Origin: Flavobacteriaceae bacterium
GTDB lineage: Bacteria > Bacteroidota > Bacteroidia > Flavobacteriales > Flavobacteriaceae
DNA: 64,000 nucleotides
Assembly (NCBI GenBank): GCA_026988395.1
Contig: JALSLI010000013.1
Coordinates: 9,008 to 73,007 of the forward strand
Reading direction: 5' to 3'
In this document: positions 57,579 to 64,000 of the stretch, one piece after another
Numbering within the stretch: the stretch's first letter is position 1
How the letters are laid out: the number at the start of each line of letters is the position of its first letter
The notes under the pieces: generated by a model
What the model saw: only the letters and a program-made list of their open reading frames with translations
What the model was told of the DNA's origin: nothing
Databases searched by the model: none
Made by a program: the position numbers and the translations under genes

Positions 57579-60008
57579 CTATCCTTTCGCTTTCAACAAA
57601 GCAATATCCAAAACATCATCCATATTAGATACATAATGGATTTTTAATCCTTTTAAATATTTAGGATTAATTTCATCAATATCCTTTTTATTTTCTTCAC
57701 AAAGGATAATCTCTTTAATATTAGCTCTTTTTGCGGCCAGGATTTTTTCTTTGATTCCACCTACCGGTAAGACCTTGCCTCTTAAAGTAATTTCTCCGGT
57801 CATCGCTAACTTTGATTTCACTTTTCTTTTTGTTAAAGAGGAAACCATAGACGTTAACATTGCAATTCCGGCACTTGGACCATCTTTTGGCGTAGCTCCT
57901 TCCGGAACATGAACGTGTATTTTATTCTTTTCTAAAACTTTTTCATCAATTCCAAATTTAGCTGCATTTGCTAAAATATATTCTCTTGCAATAGTAGCAG
58001 ATTCTTTCATTACTTTTCCTAAATTTCCGGTTAACGTAAGCCCTTTTCCTTTAGAAATTATGGATTCTATAAATAAAATATCTCCTCCTACTTGTGTCCA
58101 AGCCAAACCTGTTACCACTCCGGGAACATTATTATTTTCGTATTTATCACGCTCCATTCTTGGTACACCTAATATTTTTTCAATCTCTTCGGGTGTAATA
58201 TTTACTTGATAATCTTCTTCCATCACAATGCTTTTGGCCACGTGTCTAACCACTTTAGCCAATTGTTTATCTAAACCACGAACTCCGGATTCACGGGTAT
58301 ATCCTTCAATAATTTTTTCGAAGGATTTTTTACTCAACTTAATATCTTTGGCTGTAATTCCGTGATTTTCTATTTGTTTTGGCAATAAATGACGTTTCGC
58401 TATCTCTACCTTTTCTTCAATAGTATAACCGGTAACATTTATAATTTCCATACGATCACGCAAAGCCCAAGGAATAGTTGACAAACTATTTGCAGTTGCA
58501 ATAAATAAAACTTTTGACAAATCGTAATCTACATCTAAAAAATTATCGTGAAATGTAGTATTTTGTTCCGGATCCAAAACCTCTAACATTGCTGCCGAAG
58601 GATCTCCTTGGTTACCTGCACTTAATTTATCAATTTCATCTAAAACCATTACCGGATTTGACGTTTTTACTTTCTTTAAACTTTGAATGATACGTCCCGG
58701 CATTGCTCCGATATACGTTTTTCGATGTCCTCTAATTTCCGATTCATCACGCAAACCGCCAAGAGATAGTCTTACGTATTTACGACCAATAGCTTCTGCA
58801 ATAGATTTACCAAGAGAAGTTTTACCAACTCCCGGAGGTCCATAAAGACATAAAATAGGCGATTTCATATCATTTTTTAATTTTAAAACCGCTAAATATT
58901 CTAGGATACGGTCTTTTACTTTGTCCAATCCAAAATGATCGCGATCTAAAATTTCTTTTGCTTTTTTTAAGTCAAATTTATCTTCTGTAAACTCATTCCA
59001 AGGCAATTCTAAAAACAAATCTAAATAATTTCTTTGTACCGAATATTCGGCTACTTGCGGATTCATTCGTTGTAATCTACCCAATTCTTTTTCAAAAACT
59101 ATGGCAACTTCTTTTGTCCATTTTTTAGCTTTTGCCTTTTCTTTCATTTCAGCAATTTCTTCGTCATAAGACACACCACCAAGTTCTTCTTGAATAGTCT
59201 TTAACTGCTGATGTAAAAAATACTCACGTTGTTGCTGATCCATATCTTCGCGTACCTTAGACTGAATATCATTTCGCAACTCTAAACGTTGCAATTCATT
59301 ATGCATTTTTTTCAGCGTTGCCAAGGCACGTTCTTTTTGGTTTTCAATTTCTAAAAGTTCTTGTTTTTCTTTTACTTCCAAATTCATATTAGAAGAAACA
59401 AAATCGACTAAAAAAGCATCAGATTTAATATTTTTTATAGCAAAACTTGCCTCGCTTGGTAGATTCGGATTTTCTTGAATTATCTTTAATGCCAATTCTC
59501 GAATCGAAGCAATAATTTCATTAAATTCCTTATCTCTTGAAGACCGCACATCGTTAAAATCAGACACTTTAGCTTTTAGATATGGCTTTTCTTGTACAAT
59601 TTTATCAATTTTAAAACGCTTTTGCCCTTGAATAACAACCATCGTGTTGCCATCAGGCATTTTTAACATTTTTAAAATTTTAGCAACCGTTCCGGTAGTA
59701 TAAATATCCTTTTGTTTTGGTTCTTCTACATCGGAATTTATTTGTGCCACTACACCAATAGTTTTATTACCTTGATTGGCATCTTTTATCAATTTAATCG
59801 ATGTGTCTCTACCTGCGGTTATCGGTACTACAACGCCCGGAAAAAGCACCATATTTCGCAAAGGTAAAATTGGTAATTCCTTAGGAATTGCTTCGTCATT
59901 CATTTTTTTCTCATCTTCGGCTGACATTAACGGAATTAATTCGCTATCTTCATCAATTAAACCTTGAAGTGACAAATTGTCTATTATTTTTATTTTCGGA
60001 TTACTCAT
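57579..60008 (-). CDS. lon: ATP-dependent Lon protease
   Basis: 809 aa with Walker [10 protein letters not shown] and the catalytic Ser region [11 protein letters not shown]. Confidence 0.95.
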   Translation of the reverse strand: MSNPKIKIIDNLSLQGLIDEDSELIPLMSAEDEKKMNDEAIPKELPILPLRNMVLFPGVVVPITAGRDTSIKLIKDANQGNKTIGVVAQINSDVEEPKQKDIYTTGTVAKILKMLKMPDGNTMVVIQGQKRFKIDKIVQEKPYLKAKVSDFNDVRSSRDKEFNEIIASIRELALKIIQENPNLPSEASFAIKNIKSDAFLVDFVSSNMNLEVKEKQELLEIENQKERALATLKKMHNELQRLELRNDIQSKVREDMDQQQREYFLHQQLKTIQEELGGVSYDEEIAEMKEKAKAKKWTKEVAIVFEKELGRLQRMNPQVAEYSVQRNYLDLFLELPWNEFTEDKFDLKKAKEILDRDHFGLDKVKDRILEYLAVLKLKNDMKSPILCLYGPPGVGKTSLGKSIAEAIGRKYVRLSLGGLRDESEIRGHRKTYIGAMPGRIIQSLKKVKTSNPVMVLDEIDKLSAGNQGDPSAAMLEVLDPEQNTTFHDNFLDVDYDLSKVLFIATANSLSTIPWALRDRMEIINVTGYTIEEKVEIAKRHLLPKQIENHGITAKDIKLSKKSFEKIIEGYTRESGVRGLDKQLAKVVRHVAKSIVMEEDYQVNITPEEIEKILGVPRMERDKYENNNVPGVVTGLAWTQVGGDILFIESIISKGKGLTLTGNLGKVMKESATIAREYILANAAKFGIDEKVLEKNKIHVHVPEGATPKDGPSAGIAMLTSMVSSLTKRKVKSKLAMTGEITLRGKVLPVGGIKEKILAAKRANIKEIILCEENKKDIDEINPKYLKGLKIHYVSNMDDVLDIALLKAKG

Positions 60009-60132
60009 ATTGTTATGTCATTTTGGCGTAAAATACTATTTATCTAGTTTAGACGCTACATTATATTAATGGTTTTTAATAATTTAAAAAACATCCAAAT
60101 TTAAGTCTGAATATTTCAATTTTTATGCCAAT

Positions 60133-60810
60133 CTAGTCTAAAATTTCTGCTTTTATAAAGATATCTTCGTTTGGCCAATCGTCTTTTCCTCTTTTTACTT
60201 TGGTAATCTTGTCAACTACATCCATTCCTTTAATTACTTTTCCAAAAACAGTATGTTCAAAATTAAGATGTGGCTCGCTTTTTACGGTGATATAAAACTC
60301 AAAAGGTGTAGATAATTTTTGCGGATTATTATCCCAATCTCTAGCAATTGCAATACTTCCACATTCGTGTTTATGGTTTTTTCTAAACTCCGGTGGCAAG
60401 CGATAATTTTTATATTTATTTCTAAAATTGGAAGTTTTAAAGTCTTCCGAATTTCCTCCCTGAGCGATAAAATTTGGCACTACTCTATGAAAGCAAGTCG
60501 TATCAAAATACCCTTTTTTAACCAAAAAAATAAAATTGGCTCGATGTAGTGGTGTATCTTTAAACAACTGAATATCAATATCACCTAAACGCGTTGTAAA
60601 ACGGACTTTTGTCTCGGTATTTTCATTACCATAAGCCGTAAAAAATGCAACGGTGTTTTTATTATTTAAACTATCTTTTTTCTTTGCTGTTTTTCGCTTT
60701 TGCGGAATCGCTTTTCGTTTTGATTTAACGGTTAAATCAACCTTATTTTTTTTAGCATTAGTACAACTCGCCACAAACAACACTAAAAAGTAAAAGAACG
60801 CTTTTTTCAT
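60133..60810 (-). CDS. cyclophilin-type peptidyl-prolyl isomerase lipoprotein
   Basis: I prefer the ATG at 60810 (MKKAFFYFLVLFVASC). It has FHRVVPNFIAQGG. Confidence 0.85.
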   Translation of the reverse strand: MKKAFFYFLVLFVASCTNAKKNKVDLTVKSKRKAIPQKRKTAKKKDSLNNKNTVAFFTAYGNENTETKVRFTTRLGDIDIQLFKDTPLHRANFIFLVKKGYFDTTCFHRVVPNFIAQGGNSEDFKTSNFRNKYKNYRLPPEFRKNHKHECGSIAIARDWDNNPQKLSTPFEFYITVKSEPHLNFEHTVFGKVIKGMDVVDKITKVKRGKDDWPNEDIFIKAEILD

Positions 60811-60870
60811 CCTGTTTTTCTTTTCTTGAACCGACAAATTTACATTATTTGATTGTAACAGTACTTACTT

Positions 60871-61428
60871 TTATTTTTTACTTTTTTTAATAATTTCAGC
60901 TAATAATTTTCTTGCACGCATTAATTTTACTTTAACAGTGCTTAATGGCTCATTTAATACCATTGCAATTTCTTTAAGACGCATTTCTTGAAAATATCGC
61001 AATTGAATAACCTCTTGATATGCAGGCTTTAACTTTTTAATATTAGCCAATAAAACAGCAAGATTTTGCTCGGTAATAATAGCATCTTCTGCCGATGGTG
61101 ATTCGTCTAAAACATCAATATTTGTTTTATCTTCTCTATTTAGAGATATAAAAATTGCTTTTTGCTTTCGTAAATGGTCAATATAGATATTTTTAGCAAT
61201 GGTAATCAACCAAGTTTTAAAGGTATATTTTTTATTGTATGTTTCTAATTTATCAAAAGCTTTTGCAAATGCCTTTATGGCAATATCTTCGGCTTCATCC
61301 TCATTTTTTATTTTTTCAAACAAAAAATGGAACACATCTTTCCAATAAGTGTTTAAAAGAATTTTAAAAGCAGTTTGATCGCCGGCTTTTGCTTCTTCAA
61401 TATATTTCTCTAATTTTTCTTTTTTCAA
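60871..61428 (-). CDS. ECF-type RNA polymerase sigma-70 factor
   Basis: 185 aa with region 2 and region 4 patterns. Confidence 0.85.
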   Translation of the reverse strand: MKKEKLEKYIEEAKAGDQTAFKILLNTYWKDVFHFLFEKIKNEDEAEDIAIKAFAKAFDKLETYNKKYTFKTWLITIAKNIYIDHLRKQKAIFISLNREDKTNIDVLDESPSAEDAIITEQNLAVLLANIKKLKPAYQEVIQLRYFQEMRLKEIAMVLNEPLSTVKVKLMRARKLLAEIIKKSKK

Positions 61429-62538
61429 TTACCAAGTTTTGGATTTTACTATTGTGTTTGCTACAAAAAGATACATTTGGATTATTATCAAAAACAATTC
61501 CAATATCGGAACAAAGATAACCAAATCTTTTTCATCTAATTTTACTGCTGTTTTGTACAGATAAAAATATTGAATTAATAATCTCAAAATAAAAAATTGT
61601 ATTACCAAAATTGTTGTTAGATTAAAAATTAAAAACAGTCCTAAAATCCAAAATAACAAGTTCGTAACATAAAATAACGCCAACAAAAATTGATGTTTTT
61701 TTTGGTAATTTTCGGCTGTGGAAATATGCCGTCTTTTTTGATGAATCCATTTTATAAAATTGGTATGTACTTTTGAAATGGTATGTGCTTTTTTATGGTA
61801 ACAAATTGCTGTATTTTCTTTTGTAGCAACCTGATTTACAAACAGATCATCGTCACCTGATTTTATGTGTTGGTGCGTTATAAATCCGTTATTTTTAATA
61901 AAAAGTTCTTTTTTATACGCTAAATTACGTCCAACTCCCATATATGGAATTCCTATTTTTGCATATGAGAAATACTGCAATGCTGTCATTACAGTTTCAA
62001 AGCGAATCAACTTATTAAGCCATGATTTTGGTCTTTTTTGGTAAGCTCCATAACCTAAAACCAATTGCTTTTTCGATAATTTTGTGGTCATCAAGCTTAT
62101 CCATTTATCTGAATTTGGCTTACAGTCTGCATCCGTAAAAAGTAAATTAGCATATTTTGCTTTTTCAACTCCATTGGTAATGGCATTTTTTTTATTTCCG
62201 GAAAGACTCTCCGGTTCCAAATTAACAATCGTAATATCCAATAGTGGATTTTGTTGTTTAAAAAATTGCAAGACTTTTAAAGTATCATCTGTAGAATGAT
62301 CGTTAATTAAAATTAGTTCAAATTTAGAATGGTTTTGATTTCTAAAAAAAGGAAGGTTTTGTTTTAAATTAACTGCTTCATTTTTAGCTGCAATAATAAT
62401 CGAAACAGATAATTCTTCCGATGCATCGTTTGCATTATCATTACTAAAAAGAAAAAAAGAAAAAATGCCCAAATAATACAATATCTGAATGATAGACACT
62501 GCAACAAACACAAATACTATTATTTGTGTACTTAACAA
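61429..62538 (-). CDS. family 2 glycosyltransferase, membrane-bound
   Basis: 369 aa with VSIIIAAKNE and TDADC motifs and C-terminal TM helices. Its stop abuts the sigma-factor start. Confidence 0.8.
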   Translation of the reverse strand: MLSTQIIVFVFVAVSIIQILYYLGIFSFFLFSNDNANDASEELSVSIIIAAKNEAVNLKQNLPFFRNQNHSKFELILINDHSTDDTLKVLQFFKQQNPLLDITIVNLEPESLSGNKKNAITNGVEKAKYANLLFTDADCKPNSDKWISLMTTKLSKKQLVLGYGAYQKRPKSWLNKLIRFETVMTALQYFSYAKIGIPYMGVGRNLAYKKELFIKNNGFITHQHIKSGDDDLFVNQVATKENTAICYHKKAHTISKVHTNFIKWIHQKRRHISTAENYQKKHQFLLALFYVTNLLFWILGLFLIFNLTTILVIQFFILRLLIQYFYLYKTAVKLDEKDLVIFVPILELFLIIIQMYLFVANTIVKSKTW

Positions 62539-62541
62539 ACT

Positions 62542-62745
62542 CTAATTGGCAATTTGATTGTCTAAATTAGTACTACAACCATTTTCATTTCCGCATCCGC
62601 AAGTGATACCTTCTTGCTTCATTCGTACATTTTTTCCGGCACAAGTACCATCAAACTCACCATCTTTTTTAGCCCAAATTTTAATTGCCAAACCTAAAAT
62701 TCCGATGCTTAACAAGCCAACTGAAATTAAAATTAATTTTAACAT
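62542..62745 (-). CDS. small Cys-rich single-TM protein (hypothetical)
   Basis: I prefer the ATG at 62745 (MLKLILISVG...) over the TTG at 62802. The tail is TCAGKNVRMKQEGITCGCGNENGCS. Confidence 0.4.
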   Translation of the reverse strand: MLKLILISVGLLSIGILGLAIKIWAKKDGEFDGTCAGKNVRMKQEGITCGCGNENGCSTNLDNQIAN

Positions 62746-62953
62746 TATATCGTTATTTAAAAGTTGTGACAAAGGTACAATAAATCCATTTTTTAAAATC
62801 AAAAAAGACGTTAAAATTATTCTTTGTTTTTTTAAAGCAATTAAACTTAAAAGCTGTTAAAAAAATTTCATTTATTAAAGGTTGCTTTTATGAAGTAACC
62901 TTTTTTCATGAAAAACTATTTGAACCAAAACTATATTTGTTTATTTTCGCACA

Positions 62954-64000
62954 ATGAAAATAAAATACGTATTTGCTTTAACTGTTGCAATTCTTTTTTT
63001 ACATTCTTGTAAAAAGGAAACAGATCAAAAATCCGACAAAACAATTATTTCACATTCAGAATCTAATTTAGTTAAATATGCTAAAGGTTTTGATATTGTA
63101 AAAAATAAGGATTTTAACGCGCTTATTTTAAATCCGAATACTAAAGAAGAAAGACATATTATTGTAGTAAAACCTAATAAAAATTTTAAATATGTACAAA
63201 GAGGAAAACAACTTGTTTTTTACAAACCAATCACCAAAATTGTTGTAACCTCTACAACACATATCCCAATGTTAGAGTTATTAAATGAGAGTAATTCGCT
63301 TATCGGATTTCCTAATACCAAATATATTTCATCAGTAAAAACCAGAAAGTTAATCAATTCCGGAAAAATTGTAGAACTAGGGAAAGAACAAAACATCAAC
63401 ACCGAATTGCTAATCGATTTACAACCTGATGTTGTTATTGGTTTTTCTATAGGAAATAACAATAAAACTTTCAAAAATATCGAAAAATCCGGAATTCCGG
63501 TAATCATTAATAATGATTGGTTAGAAAAATCTCCATTGGGAAGAGTTGAATGGCTGAAATTTTTTGGTGTTTTATTTAATAAATTAGAAAAAGCAGATAC
63601 TATTTTTAATACTATCGAAGAGAAATATAACAAAGCTAAAAACATTGCTTTAAGAGCAAAAAACAAACCTAAAATACTTTCCGGAGTTCTTTATAAAGAC
63701 AAATGGAATTTACCTGCAGGAGAAAGTTATGTTGCACAGTTTTTAAAAGATGCCAATGTAAATTATCCTTGGCAAAACAGCAAAGGTTCCGGAAGTTTAT
63801 CACTCGCTTTTGAAAGTGTTTACGACATCGCAAAAGATGCCGATATTTGGATCTCTCCGGGATATTATCAAAGTTATTCGCAATTAGAAAAAGACAATCG
63901 TCACTACAAGAAATTTGATGCCTTTAAAAATAAACAAATCTATAATTTTACCAAAAAGAAAGGAGCAACAGATGGTATTTTATATTACGAACTCGCTCCT
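62954..64000 (+). CDS. ABC transporter periplasmic binding lipoprotein (iron-siderophore/B12 type), truncated by window end
   Basis: Absent from the track because it is open at the window end. My translation is MKIKYVFALTVAILFLHSCKKE...IVVTSTTHIPMLELL...LQPDVVIGF..., which fits the Peripla_BP_2 pattern. Confidence 0.75.
   Translation, partial: MKIKYVFALTVAILFLHSCKKETDQKSDKTIISHSESNLVKYAKGFDIVKNKDFNALILNPNTKEERHIIVVKPNKNFKYVQRGKQLVFYKPITKIVVTSTTHIPMLELLNESNSLIGFPNTKYISSVKTRKLINSGKIVELGKEQNINTELLIDLQPDVVIGFSIGNNNKTFKNIEKSGIPVIINNDWLEKSPLGRVEWLKFFGVLFNKLEKADTIFNTIEEKYNKAKNIALRAKNKPKILSGVLYKDKWNLPAGESYVAQFLKDANVNYPWQNSKGSGSLSLAFESVYDIAKDADIWISPGYYQSYSQLEKDNRHYKKFDAFKNKQIYNFTKKKGATDGILYYELAP

Noticed and set aside
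63220-63666. 148-aa minus-strand ORF
   Set aside because: It is antisense to the well-formed periplasmic binding lipoprotein ORF (62954 to the window end) that the track omits because it is open-ended.
1-64000. Search for mobile elements, prophage, defence systems, toxin-antitoxin pairs, tRNA/rRNA genes and riboswitches (for example a B12 box upstream of the 62954 binding protein)
   Set aside because: I recognised no integrase, transposase, nuclease-helicase or phage-structural signatures in any translated ORF. I saw no tRNA-like T-loop or acceptor pattern, and no cobalamin-box consensus in 62803-62953. Detection was by eye only, so small RNAs could have been missed.

Overview
This is a low-GC (about 30%) chromosomal segment that looks like Bacteroidota/Flavobacteriia. 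Supporting signs are many SC/SCK-type lipoprotein signals, A-rich leaders in place of Shine-Dalgarno sites, hemJ, and an M57 peptidase. It contains about 60 densely packed CDSs, most of them housekeeping: dnaA, rpsA, fabG, lon, typA, coaE, tsaC, rlmD, mtaB, and a complete haem pathway (hemJ-hemH divergent from hemA-C-D-B-L-E-N). I found no rRNA, tRNA, CRISPR array, transposase, integrase or recognisable defence genes. The one accessory-looking part is 6.8-17.3 kb. It holds a YeeE/YedE permease plus an anion porin, divergent from a triple-rhodanese lipoprotein. That gene is followed by a membrane-anchored 12-haem c-type cytochrome, a small membrane protein, an exported Bcp peroxiredoxin and an MST-type sulfurtransferase, then a SulP/beta-carbonic anhydrase pair. 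This is my best candidate for an undescribed sulfur-redox module, but that reading is inference only. Other observations: (1) Two paralogous ~175-180 nt extended-hairpin elements lie between a stop codon and an intrinsic terminator, with compensatory stem changes and G-U pairs only on the + strand. (2) Ribosomal protein S1 carries an N-terminal DUF2853-like domain. (3) A (TTATTTG)8 microsatellite abuts the start codon of an SPFH gene. (4) hemD has no canonical start codon upstream of its conserved N-terminus. (5) There is a stand-alone Aer-type PAS protein. (6) There is a 32-bp perfect palindrome. All functional calls come from motifs read in the supplied translations; no database search was run.
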